Part shown: positions 53,311 through 62,293 of the stretch, piece after piece
Layout: each line of letters opens with the position of its first letter
Numbering within the stretch: the stretch's first letter is position 1
NCBI GenBank assembly: GCA_017464475.1
Contig: JAFTZQ010000017.1
Location: 21,853 to 85,852, forward strand
DNA from: Paludibacteraceae bacterium
Lineage (GTDB): Bacteria > Bacteroidota > Bacteroidia > Bacteroidales > Paludibacteraceae
Direction: 5' to 3'
Length of the DNA stretch: 64,000 bases
Made by a program: the position numbers and the translations under genes
The notes under the pieces: model-generated
What the model saw: the letters and a program-made list of their open reading frames with translations, nothing else
Told to the model about the DNA's origin: nothing
The model's database searches: none

Positions 53311-53895
53311 CTATTTACTCATTCTTTCCCGCACGCACTCGGCGATAAACTCCGCAATCTGCTTCGGCTCCAGACCCGCTACGTTCAGCACCAAGTCATA
53401 GTTACGCGCATCATAACGGCTCTTGCCGCTGAAAGTATGCGTGAATGTCTCCCGTGCTTCATCTACTTTGTTGATCAGCAGATCCGCACTGCCTTCGTTG
53501 ATATTCAGCCGCCGTGCTACCTTCTCTCGACGAAATGCTTTGTCGGCTATCAGAAACACTTTGAAGGCATAGGGATTATCTCGGAAGATATGGAAACCCG
53601 TACGCCCAAGTATGACGCACGACTCTTTCTCCGCCAGCGACCGAACGATAAACTCCTCATCGTTGTATAGATCCTGCGAAATTGGCTCATACCACCAACT
53701 CTTCTTGGTCGCCTTGATCTTATCTATCTCCTCTTGCGTGAGGTTATATCGATCTTCCAACTGACGCAGCAAACCTTTGTCATACAGCTCCACGCCCAAT
53801 ATCTTTGCCAATTCAACGGCGATCTGCCGTCCACCGGTACCAAACTCCCGCCCGATAGTAACTACAAATTTCTGATCCATTTCTTTTATTGTCAA
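53311..53895 (-). CDS. Cytidylate-kinase-like family protein
   Basis: 194 aa. P-loop-like IGREFGTGGRQIA, with the length and layout of the Bacteroidota CMK-like family. Confidence 0.6.
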   Translation of the reverse strand: MTIKEMDQKFVVTIGREFGTGGRQIAVELAKILGVELYDKGLLRQLEDRYNLTQEEIDKIKATKKSWWYEPISQDLYNDEEFIVRSLAEKESCVILGRTGFHIFRDNPYAFKVFLIADKAFRREKVARRLNINEGSADLLINKVDEARETFTHTFSGKSRYDARNYDLVLNVAGLEPKQIAEFIAECVRERMSK

Positions 53896-53899
53896 TTAT

Positions 53900-54949
53900 T
53901 TATAATCTTTTTCTCATCATCATTACACCCGTTTTACCGAGTGCATACAATATCGGTTTGGCGATATATAGAAATCGTCCGTGCTCAACCATCTCTCCGC
54001 CGAACTCGGCTTTAAAATCTCGCACGCCATACGGCACACCCGGCACTCCTGCCCCCATCATATCATATCGCCGGCATCCGTTCTCATGCGCATACCGCAT
54101 TCCGGCGTATGTTGCCATTACGGAAGGATACTGATCCTTGTATTCGATATTCAATCCGCACTCAAACCATTCATAGACACATCTCTCATCCACCACGATC
54201 ATACTCCCGCCAATGATTTTTCCTTCGTACCGCACCATCATATAGTGTCCTATGCCTTGCCGATACGCCTGCAAAAAGAACTCTATCGGCAATAACGGTG
54301 TCCTCACTTTTTTTCGATACAACTTCGCCAAAATCTCATACCACTCTCGTATATCCAGCTCACTTACTCCCTCATTCACTAAACATCCATACACTAAACA
54401 TTCATTTCCTTCCTCATTCTTAATCTGCCTCTTAATCTGCCGTCTCCTGTTATCGCTCATCCGATTCCACATAGTTTCTGCATCGCTACAATCTACATGG
54501 AAATTCAAATGCGCTTGATATTCAAGCCCTGCTGTCTCAAATGCGCCCTTCCATCGGCTATAATCATTAAAATTGCGAGTTTCGACATAGATTGCTTGCG
54601 ACCGCAATATTTCTCTCACAGCCTTCATCAATGCTTCAACCTCTTCCTCTGTACAATCATCTGTCAACGCCGGTCCTCCAATGATAATCGCTCTCCGCGT
54701 AAAGAACTGTTTCACAGGATTTTTCTCTTTCGTCACATACCCAACACATACTCCTCGCAATGTTTGATCTCTGACGGCTGACGGCTGACAACTGATAGCT
54801 AATACAAATGGTCTAAACAGCTCCGGCATAGACGCAAAAAACTCATACGCTTTCGGTGTCTGAAACCACGTCCCCGTCGAAGAAGATTGTACCAACCTAC
54901 TCCATTCGGTTCTGTCTATTTGGTTATATGTCAGGATTTGATGGGTCAT
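53900..54949 (-). CDS. FemAB-family / GNAT-fold peptidyl- or aminoacyl-transferase
   Basis: 349 aa. The C-terminal ...RYAHENGCRRYDMMGAGVPGVPYGVRDFKAEFGGEMVEHGRF resembles FemAB/FemX. Confidence 0.6.
   Translation of the reverse strand: MTHQILTYNQIDRTEWSRLVQSSSTGTWFQTPKAYEFFASMPELFRPFVLAISCQPSAVRDQTLRGVCVGYVTKEKNPVKQFFTRRAIIIGGPALTDDCTEEEVEALMKAVREILRSQAIYVETRNFNDYSRWKGAFETAGLEYQAHLNFHVDCSDAETMWNRMSDNRRRQIKRQIKNEEGNECLVYGCLVNEGVSELDIREWYEILAKLYRKKVRTPLLPIEFFLQAYRQGIGHYMMVRYEGKIIGGSMIVVDERCVYEWFECGLNIEYKDQYPSVMATYAGMRYAHENGCRRYDMMGAGVPGVPYGVRDFKAEFGGEMVEHGRFLYIAKPILYALGKTGVMMMRKRL
54771..54798. repeat. 7 bp tandem repeat CTGACGG (x2, plus 2 degenerate units), in-frame in the FemAB-like gene
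   Basis: ctgacgg ctgacgg ctgacaa ctgatag, which encodes SCQPSAVRDQ. Confidence 0.75.
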
Positions 54950-56433
54950 TGTTTTATTCTTCTTTCCAGTAACTCTCGTATTTGCTCGCTACTAATCTTA
55001 TGTATACCTATCTGCTCTATTAACTCATGCTCAGGCGTATCTTTGCGTATAATAAATTTTCTTTGCTTTCCGTCTATTGTCGCAAACAGGTGATAATTAC
55101 CTTTGTATGCCTGCTCCAAATATACTTTGGCTACCGATTTGCCATCCGTAGTAAGCCATTCTTCGTCATGATAATCGGTACTAAATCCCCACTCCTGCAG
55201 GCGCTGATGAATAGTTGCCTCTATTCGCCCTATCCATTCCTGTCGTACACCGTTCTTCTCAGCCAGAGTACGGAACAGAATCAAAGCATCTACTACCTTA
55301 CGGATGATCTTCTCGGAGTCATTGATGCCATATTTTACAGCAAATTCCTTCACATCCTCTTTGGTCCATCTTTCATACTTTCCGCGCAGCAATAGGCAAT
55401 GTTCGCTCTCTGGTTGATATCCCCCGCGATTGAAGATATAGGTCATATCGTATGCCGGAGCCAACGACCATTCGCCTTTCTTATTCATAAGGAAGGAGAA
55501 ATTCTTATGGTGGTCATCCGTATTGTTCGCCAGATAATTGAACACCATTCTGCGGAACACTTCGTCTGCGGCAGCATCAGGTAAATGCAGTTTGCGGCAT
55601 ACCAACAGCAGTTGTTCGTACGTGTTGGCATCCGGATCCATAGCCGCCAGCGTCTGCGTATGCAGTTTTTCACCACCCGCTCTGTCAAATCGCTTTGTTA
55701 AAAAATGTTTCTCTCCATCAGCCTCCATCAATCGGCATGGCATCATGTCTATTCCTGCATCAATCGCCATTTCATAATAGGTTTGCTCCAACTCTGCGGT
55801 ACTACGTTCATGGTCTCCAAACTTCAGGATATAGTAATCATAGCCTTCCAAACCAGCCACTTGCCCGGAACGGATTTCTCCAGTCTCGCGATGGATTGCA
55901 ATAACCGCTTTGGGTTGGCGTCCTCCGGCAGACGAACCGACTGCAATCAACAATTGCTTAGTCAGCATTTCATCGGGCAGTATATGTGCATTCTCCCTCT
56001 CGACAAAAATCTTGTGTGCAAGATTGGCTAATTCGCCTATATTAACCTTTTCCTTGTATGGAATCGGTGCGTTATCCGGTTCAAACTCCAATGCACCCAT
56101 TCCGCGTTTGCCGATGAATACAAGCTTATCTAATGGCGTTACATCCGCTTCGGATAGTGTCTGATCGGATACCCATTGCTGGAACAACACATTCCCCCAA
56201 TCATCCGGCAAACTATCAGCTATAAATGCAGGCAGATGTTGATATATGCGTCTTTCTTCTCCCTCGTATGATTTAATTGCTTGATTGCTTTTAGGAGCAC
56301 CAAAAGGGAAAGGCTCCACGTCCTTACTTAAATACGCAGGATTATACACAAAGTAACTATTCCGTCGCTCTGCACGCCACACCAGCGAACCTATTTCTTC
56401 GCCCCATAATATAACATGTACGTAGTTCCTCAT
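54946..56433 (-). CDS. hipA: HipA-family serine/threonine kinase toxin with a C-terminal extension
   Basis: 495 aa. N-terminal HipA coupling domain and catalytic loop NTDDHHKNFSF. ATGA overlaps with both neighbouring genes. Confidence 0.85.
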   Translation of the reverse strand: MRNYVHVILWGEEIGSLVWRAERRNSYFVYNPAYLSKDVEPFPFGAPKSNQAIKSYEGEERRIYQHLPAFIADSLPDDWGNVLFQQWVSDQTLSEADVTPLDKLVFIGKRGMGALEFEPDNAPIPYKEKVNIGELANLAHKIFVERENAHILPDEMLTKQLLIAVGSSAGGRQPKAVIAIHRETGEIRSGQVAGLEGYDYYILKFGDHERSTAELEQTYYEMAIDAGIDMMPCRLMEADGEKHFLTKRFDRAGGEKLHTQTLAAMDPDANTYEQLLLVCRKLHLPDAAADEVFRRMVFNYLANNTDDHHKNFSFLMNKKGEWSLAPAYDMTYIFNRGGYQPESEHCLLLRGKYERWTKEDVKEFAVKYGINDSEKIIRKVVDALILFRTLAEKNGVRQEWIGRIEATIHQRLQEWGFSTDYHDEEWLTTDGKSVAKVYLEQAYKGNYHLFATIDGKQRKFIIRKDTPEHELIEQIGIHKISSEQIRELLERRIKQ

Positions 56434-56738
56434 TCTTTGCGCCTAACGCGTTTAATAACGGTATCTTTCTCGGGTTTGAGATACGGTGATTCCGGCAATT
56501 CTGGCAGGATCGCCTCAATATTATCCAATTGACCTATTACGCGGAGCAAACGTAGCAAAGTGTTAAGAGATATATCATGCGAGTTGCCCGTTTCAAACTT
56601 TTGGATCGTCATAATAGATAAGCCTGCTTTTTCAGCCACCTCTTTCTGCGTCAATTGAAGTTGCTGCCTATACACGCGGAATTGCTTGCCTAGACGGGCA
56701 ATTATCTCAGGACCTGAATATTGGTAGATATCTATCAT
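56430..56738 (-). CDS. hipB: XRE-family HTH antitoxin (HipB-like)
   Basis: 102 aa. LQLTQKEVAEKAGLSIMTIQKFETGNSHDISLNTLLRLLRV. 4 nt overlap with hipA. Confidence 0.75.
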   Translation of the reverse strand: MIDIYQYSGPEIIARLGKQFRVYRQQLQLTQKEVAEKAGLSIMTIQKFETGNSHDISLNTLLRLLRVIGQLDNIEAILPELPESPYLKPEKDTVIKRVRRKE

Positions 56739-56825
56739 CTTACATTTGTATAACTATAATTTAAATTATATTAAAGCGTCATTTTCTGTCTTAATACATA
56801 TTGCAATTATATTTTATTTGCGCTG

Positions 56826-56833
56826 CAAAGATA
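56826..56833 (-). promoter_or_regulatory. -7 box TAtcTTTG for hipBA
   Basis: caaagata on the + strand, 87 nt upstream of ATG 56738. Confidence 0.5.
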
Positions 56834-56890
56834 CTGCTTTTTATTGATATATGCAAATTTTTTTACACTATTTTATAATTTTCAACTCTC

Positions 56891-56983
56891 CGGCGTCTGA
56901 AACCATGTCCCCGTCGAAGAAGATTGTACCAACCTGCTCCATCCCTCGCGGTTTATCTCACTATATGTCAGTATTTGTATCAC
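56891..56983 (-). pseudogene. Orphan 5' fragment of a FemAB-like gene (duplicate of 54854-54949)
   Basis: The reverse strand reads [31 protein letters not shown], compared with the intact MTHQILTYNQIDRTEWSRLVQSSSTGTWFQTP. 49 of the first 52 nt are identical. Its GTGA overlaps the DUF354 stop. Confidence 0.7.
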
Positions 56984-57993
56984 TTGATTATCTCATCTAT
57001 GATACTTAATACTTCCGCCAGCACTTTCTTGCTGCGGGAAGTATCACCGAGGCCATTTTTAGTTTTTGCTTCTCCGCTTCGAACCACATATTCTCGTATT
57101 TCCCGCGGGTCACGCGATTTGAATTCCTTGCCTTGTTCCTGCAGTACCACATCAACCGCTAAGAATTCCTTTCTCGGAAAGAAAGAAACCGCCGGAACTC
57201 CCAATAACGCTGCTTCGCGCGCAAACGTACCTGCTCCTGTCAGCATCGCTTTAGTGTAATAACATACATCCAACCCATTTAGCGGCCCATCCGGATACCA
57301 GATATTATCATACCCTTCCGCCATCCTCTTTTCTTCCTCATATCGCGGTAAGAACAAGATATTTTGATCCTTGAAGACCTCAAACAACTCCGGCACTATG
57401 GTCATCGCATCTTTAGGCACATAGGCTGCCTTCAGATTCTCAGGGCGAATCGTGATGAATTCACGCCAGGGCAGTTGCTCTAAGAAATGCTCATCTACTG
57501 TATAATCTGCGATATAAATATCTTCTTTGAATCCCTCAAATGTTTTAATCTGCTCGTCCCTCAGATGAAATTTCTTCTTTGCTCCCTCATAATGCAGATA
57601 TGAGGGGAAAATGAAATAACTGCTGAAAAGATAGGTTATAAACTTATGGGTTGTAAAATCATTGTCAGAGAATGTAATACTTTTTTTTCTGCGCAACCAA
57701 GCAATCGGGCTTGTATAACTTCCGCCCAACGAAAATGCAACATCGAATTTCGGCACACGTGTCAGTAACTGCCAGTACCTTTCCAATAACCCTATGATCT
57801 TACGTACACGGCTCTTACCATGGTGTGAACCGATAACGATCGGCTCTATACCGTTTTGACGCAGCAGAGGTATCGTCTCCGAAAAATCTCTGGCTGTGAT
57901 AATCAACTCATGACCGTTTGCCCTCAAATGCCTGTATATCGGCATCAGCACATTCACATGCGGCGTATTGGTAACATCTATCCAGATTCTCAT
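56980..57993 (-). CDS. DUF354-family protein (glycosyltransferase/epimerase-like fold)
   Basis: 337 aa. [37 protein letters not shown].... Confidence 0.6.
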   Translation of the reverse strand: MRIWIDVTNTPHVNVLMPIYRHLRANGHELIITARDFSETIPLLRQNGIEPIVIGSHHGKSRVRKIIGLLERYWQLLTRVPKFDVAFSLGGSYTSPIAWLRRKKSITFSDNDFTTHKFITYLFSSYFIFPSYLHYEGAKKKFHLRDEQIKTFEGFKEDIYIADYTVDEHFLEQLPWREFITIRPENLKAAYVPKDAMTIVPELFEVFKDQNILFLPRYEEEKRMAEGYDNIWYPDGPLNGLDVCYYTKAMLTGAGTFAREAALLGVPAVSFFPRKEFLAVDVVLQEQGKEFKSRDPREIREYVVRSGEAKTKNGLGDTSRSKKVLAEVLSIIDEIIK

Positions 57994-58478
57994 GCTTCTT
58001 GTTTATCAAAATGTTTTATTACTTTCGCCGGTGCGCCTACAGCCACACAATATGGCGGTATATCCCGCGTAACAACAGATCCTGCACCAATTATGGCACC
58101 TTCTCCTATTGTTACCCCGGGCATAATAATCGCACCAATACCGACGTGCGCACCATCTTTGATAACTATCGGTGCATATTTTAGCTCGCAATCCATTACT
58201 GGCTTTCCTACCTCATATTGAGTCAAGTCGCGCTGATGACATAGCAGCATCACGCCTCGTGTCACCCATACATTATCGCCAATCGTAATGAGTTCCGGAG
58301 CTGAATGGTCTATATCGACTGTCGCACCAATCTTACTTCCCCTCCCTATCTTGACTCCCGCCATTCGGTAGAATGGATTCCGTAGTTGCGCTGGAAAAAG
58401 AAAACGCGCTATCCCTAGACAAATCCTATTCCATATGCCCCGACATACATTTCCTATCGTCCGATGATTATTAGCCAT
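57990..58478 (-). CDS. Hexapeptide-repeat (LbH) acyl/acetyltransferase
   Basis: 162 aa. Repeated [LIV]G..... hexapeptides ([13 protein letters not shown]..., [31 protein letters not shown]). Confidence 0.8.
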   Translation of the reverse strand: MANNHRTIGNVCRGIWNRICLGIARFLFPAQLRNPFYRMAGVKIGRGSKIGATVDIDHSAPELITIGDNVWVTRGVMLLCHQRDLTQYEVGKPVMDCELKYAPIVIKDGAHVGIGAIIMPGVTIGEGAIIGAGSVVTRDIPPYCVAVGAPAKVIKHFDKQEA

Positions 58479-58528
58479 ATCGTAATTGTAAATTAATCAT
58501 TTTTAACTTAATTATTCTTGATTAATTG

Positions 58529-59860
58529 CTAAATTTTCGAGACTACAAATCGCATCTTTCCCGATTGAGGAACATTTATATGCTCTACAATCATAACATT
58601 CACTTGGATACCCTCTCCACAATGATACTCTAGCAATTTACGCAAATCTTCCAGCCTTTTATTTGAAATAATTTTCTTTGGAACAATTAATAAAGATACT
58701 TTATCTTTAGCCTCTTGTACCACCTGAAATTGGAAAATCTCATCTGTTAATGCCTCTATAGGCAGAGAAAATGCATTTAATATTTTTCCGTTTGCTAACT
58801 TGAAATTGTCAGAAGAACGTCCATTAAGCACTCGGATCATTTTTGTTTCACGTCCACAAGTACATTTCTTTTCCGATTTAACAGCCCTATCTCCGGGAGC
58901 ATAGCGAATAAATGGGAATCCATAGTTATACAGAGCCGTCAACACAATTTCACCTTCCTCTCCGTCATGCACTTCTTTTCCCCTTTCATCTACAATTTGT
59001 AATATGCTACATTCCTCACAAACGTGTAGTTCTCCATGAACCTCACATTCAGTTGCGTGCCCCATTCCATCACCGCAACCATAAGTGTCAAATAACTTGC
59101 ATTGGAAGGCTTCTTCCATTATTTTTCGTTGATGCGGCAAAAGCATTTCTGCAGTGGTAAACACAGCTTGCATCGGCAATACATTATGATGCTCTCGTAT
59201 ATACTCTGCAAGAGTTGTTAAAGCACTCGGATACCCACGCAAAAATCGTACATGGTTATTTCTTAAATAACTATAGTACTGCTCTAACATCTCTGTTGTT
59301 AAGTGAGAAGCCGGCATGGAATAATAATTATTGACGTATCGCCATAACCGATTTTTCCAACCTCCTCGCGCTCCTGGAATCAACGATCCACCTGCCATTA
59401 CCCCCAACTCATCCTCGCCATAGGTATATCCGCCCCATTCAAAAGTTCTCATCTTCAGTGCCCAATTCAATGCCCAAGAATAACGATCCATGTCGTACGC
59501 ACATGGGGTACCGGTAGTTCCGCCGGTATGATGATGAATCATCGCGTATTCAGATGCATTTTCTGCTCGAAAATCTGCACCGTGTGCTATCAAATCAGCC
59601 TTCCTTACAATGGGTATTTTTATCAAATCATCTACCGTTCGAATATCTTCCGGTTTTATTCCTGCAGCGTCAAACCATTGACGATAAAAAGGAACATTGT
59701 TGTATGCTTGTTGGATTAATGCAGGTATATGCTCGTTATGATATATTCTCCACTGTTCAGACGTCCAATGCTGAGTTTGGGTCACAAAACCTTTAAGGGC
59801 ATTCATATCGAATCCCTCTTTTTTTCCAAGTAAATATAATGTTATTTTATTTTTTATCAT
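58529..59860 (-). CDS. Phenylacetate-CoA-ligase-like adenylate-forming enzyme (CapK family)
   Basis: 443 aa. HHTGGTTGTP AMP-binding-like motif, with PaaK/CapK length and layout. Confidence 0.7.
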   Translation of the reverse strand: MIKNKITLYLLGKKEGFDMNALKGFVTQTQHWTSEQWRIYHNEHIPALIQQAYNNVPFYRQWFDAAGIKPEDIRTVDDLIKIPIVRKADLIAHGADFRAENASEYAMIHHHTGGTTGTPCAYDMDRYSWALNWALKMRTFEWGGYTYGEDELGVMAGGSLIPGARGGWKNRLWRYVNNYYSMPASHLTTEMLEQYYSYLRNNHVRFLRGYPSALTTLAEYIREHHNVLPMQAVFTTAEMLLPHQRKIMEEAFQCKLFDTYGCGDGMGHATECEVHGELHVCEECSILQIVDERGKEVHDGEEGEIVLTALYNYGFPFIRYAPGDRAVKSEKKCTCGRETKMIRVLNGRSSDNFKLANGKILNAFSLPIEALTDEIFQFQVVQEAKDKVSLLIVPKKIISNKRLEDLRKLLEYHCGEGIQVNVMIVEHINVPQSGKMRFVVSKI

Positions 59861-59865
59861 AAAGA

Positions 59866-60915
59866 CTAAAGACTTGTGTACACTTCTATTATTCGTTTAG
59901 CAATTAACTCGATCGTTAATCGATCTTCTATGATCCGTTTTCTTCCTTCCGTCCGTTTCCCGAACTCCAATGCTTTCTCTATAGCCTCAGCTACGCGTTT
60001 CGCTTTTTCTAAACGCGAAGCGTCTGAATGCTCTGCATCTATAGCCCTCGGCTCTTCTACTATATAACATCCTTCGAGATTCACTAATCTCTCCCGCACA
60101 TCTCCCACATCGGTCGTCACTATCGGACAATTGCATGCCATCGCCTCTTTGATCACGTTCGGGCTTCCCTCCGAATCCGATGTCAGTAACAAACAATCCG
60201 CTGCGTTCATATAGGTACACACCTCTTCCGGCGTCTTGTTATATACAGCGACTAACCTCACACTAAAACCTTTAGGCTCTGCACGCGAAGCGTCTGAAAT
60301 CTTCGATTCTAAAAGACGCACTGCTTCTTCCGCTAACGGCCAATTCTTCTCCACCCGCTCCGGGTTACTGCACCAAATGATGTATTTGCGATTGGCTTCA
60401 AACCCCACCTTCGCCCGTGCTTCAGCATGATCCATTAACTGAAAGACATCTAAATTTACTCCATTGGGTATCACGGGCAATTCTAATCCTAACTGGTCTC
60501 TGGTCCGCTCGGATTTCGTCAATGCGCTATCCCAAAGATGTTGGATTGCAAATCTCACTCTCCTCCACTTGGCACCCCTTGTCGGGAAAGATCCCAATAT
60601 AGAAACCAATATCTTCGGTCGCTTTCTCATTCCGAGGCAAGCCAAGGATGCAACAAACCCGCAAGTGGAATAATGCGCATGGATGATATCCGGTCTCTCG
60701 CGTTTCACTACTTTTCGTAGTGCAAACACCGCCTTCAGATAGCCCCTCCAGCCTCTGCCTTTTACCGGAAACAGCACCATATCCAGCCCTTCCGCCTTAA
60801 GCGAATCGAACTGCGATTGCACGAACGAACTCACCACGCCCGCTCCCTTCTTATTTCCGCTCGCTACAAATAATACTTTTTTTATTTGTGATTTGTTATT
60901 TGTCATTTGGGACAA
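59866..60915 (-). CDS. Glycosyltransferase family 4
   Basis: 349 aa. GT-B EX7E region SDSEGSPNVIKEAMACNCPIV. Confidence 0.8.
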   Translation of the reverse strand: MSQMTNNKSQIKKVLFVASGNKKGAGVVSSFVQSQFDSLKAEGLDMVLFPVKGRGWRGYLKAVFALRKVVKRERPDIIHAHYSTCGFVASLACLGMRKRPKILVSILGSFPTRGAKWRRVRFAIQHLWDSALTKSERTRDQLGLELPVIPNGVNLDVFQLMDHAEARAKVGFEANRKYIIWCSNPERVEKNWPLAEEAVRLLESKISDASRAEPKGFSVRLVAVYNKTPEEVCTYMNAADCLLLTSDSEGSPNVIKEAMACNCPIVTTDVGDVRERLVNLEGCYIVEEPRAIDAEHSDASRLEKAKRVAEAIEKALEFGKRTEGRKRIIEDRLTIELIAKRIIEVYTSL

Positions 60916-61211
60916 GTTAATAATTTTATTTTTGTTTATTGCTGCATGGACTTTTGGTTGTTTACCTCCTCTGGAGGTGAGGGATCGCTCTGACGAGCTA
61001 CCGGAAAGTTCTTTACGAGTAGCGCGGCGGGGCGGGCACTCATAGCGCGCTTAGCGCAACAACCAAAATTCAGGCAGGGTTTATCTATGTTTATTTTCGT
61101 TATTTTTCTTCAATTTTTGTAAGCGAAGCGCATTTTCGATTTCCTTAAGCACTCAAAGTTTTTTTATGTTTTTTTCTTTTCTAATCACAAACCATAAATA
61201 TCAAAATCTCG

Positions 61212-62225
61212 CTAACGAAGATTTTCGTAGTACCACTCACATGCTTGCTCAAAACCCTGTAATGCGCTGAACTTCGGGTTATATCCGAGAATCCGCTGCG
61301 CTTTGATGATCGACGCCTGGCTATGCGGGATATCTCCTGCGCGGTTCTCCCGATAAATCGGTTCTACCTCTTTGATTGCCGGGTCGTACTTTGCCAGATT
61401 CTCTCGCAGACATTCAAACAACTGGTTCAACGTCGTGTTGCCTCCGTATGCCACATTGAACACTAGATCCACAGGCGCATTCTGCGGCAGGTTCATGTTG
61501 TACAACGATGCGCGCTTCACGATCTCGTCATGCGAAACCGTTGCTGCCAAATAATTCGCCTGAATCACATTATCGATATACGTGAAATCGCGCGAGTATG
61601 AACCATCTCCGTTGATGTACGGACTCTCATGATTGATCAGTGCCTTCACCCACAATGGTATCACCGCCGCATAAGCTCCGTTCGGATCTTGCCGCCGACC
61701 AAACACATTGAAATACCTAAGTCCGATCGTCTCAATGCCATACAGCGAGGTGAACACATTGGCGTACAACTCGTTCACAAATTTCGTAATTGCGTATGGC
61801 GATAACGGACGACCGATATTATGCTCTATCTTCGGCAACTCTTTGCTGTCGCCATAAGTAGAACTCGATGCGGCATACACAAACCGTTTCACTTTCTCGT
61901 CTCTCGCCGCAACGAGCATATTGAGAAAACCGGTAATGTTATTGGCATTGGTTGTAATCGGGTCATTGATACTGCGCGGCACCGAACCCAATGCAGCCTC
62001 ATGCAGCACCACATCGCATCCTTTGACCGCCTCACGACAAGTATCCAAATCCCGTATGTCGCCTTCTATGAATCGGAAATTCGCCTTTCCTATCAGCGGT
62101 TCAATATTATGCCGAAATCCCGTACTCAGATTATCCAAGCACACTACTTCGAATCCTTCGTTCACAAAGAACTCACATAAGTTACTCCCTATAAACCCGG
62201 CTCCTCCGGTAATCAAAAGTTTCAT
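61212..62225 (-). CDS. NAD-dependent nucleotide-sugar 4-epimerase (WbpP/TviC-like SDR)
   Basis: 337 aa. [13 protein letters not shown], and the [12 protein letters not shown] region typical of UDP-GlcNAc/UDP-GlcNAcA 4-epimerases. Confidence 0.85.
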   Translation of the reverse strand: MKLLITGGAGFIGSNLCEFFVNEGFEVVCLDNLSTGFRHNIEPLIGKANFRFIEGDIRDLDTCREAVKGCDVVLHEAALGSVPRSINDPITTNANNITGFLNMLVAARDEKVKRFVYAASSSTYGDSKELPKIEHNIGRPLSPYAITKFVNELYANVFTSLYGIETIGLRYFNVFGRRQDPNGAYAAVIPLWVKALINHESPYINGDGSYSRDFTYIDNVIQANYLAATVSHDEIVKRASLYNMNLPQNAPVDLVFNVAYGGNTTLNQLFECLRENLAKYDPAIKEVEPIYRENRAGDIPHSQASIIKAQRILGYNPKFSALQGFEQACEWYYENLR

Positions 62226-62230
62226 ATCTC

Positions 62231-62293
62231 AACTACAAATTACAAATCACAAACTACAAATTACAAATCACAAACTACAAACCACAAACTACG
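62231..62293. repeat. 7 bp tandem repeat AA(C/T)(T/C)ACA x9 with a 21 bp super-period
   Basis: aactaca aattaca aatcaca, then the same three units again, then aactaca aaccaca aactacg. It fills the whole intergenic spacer and contains the upstream stop codon. Confidence 0.9.

Noticed and set aside
60985-61005. A hammerhead-ribozyme-like CUGANGA...GAAA core (ctgacgagctaccggaaag).
   Set aside because: The sequence between the two core boxes cannot form a proper stem II, and no matching stems I or III or cleavage-site context could be drawn.
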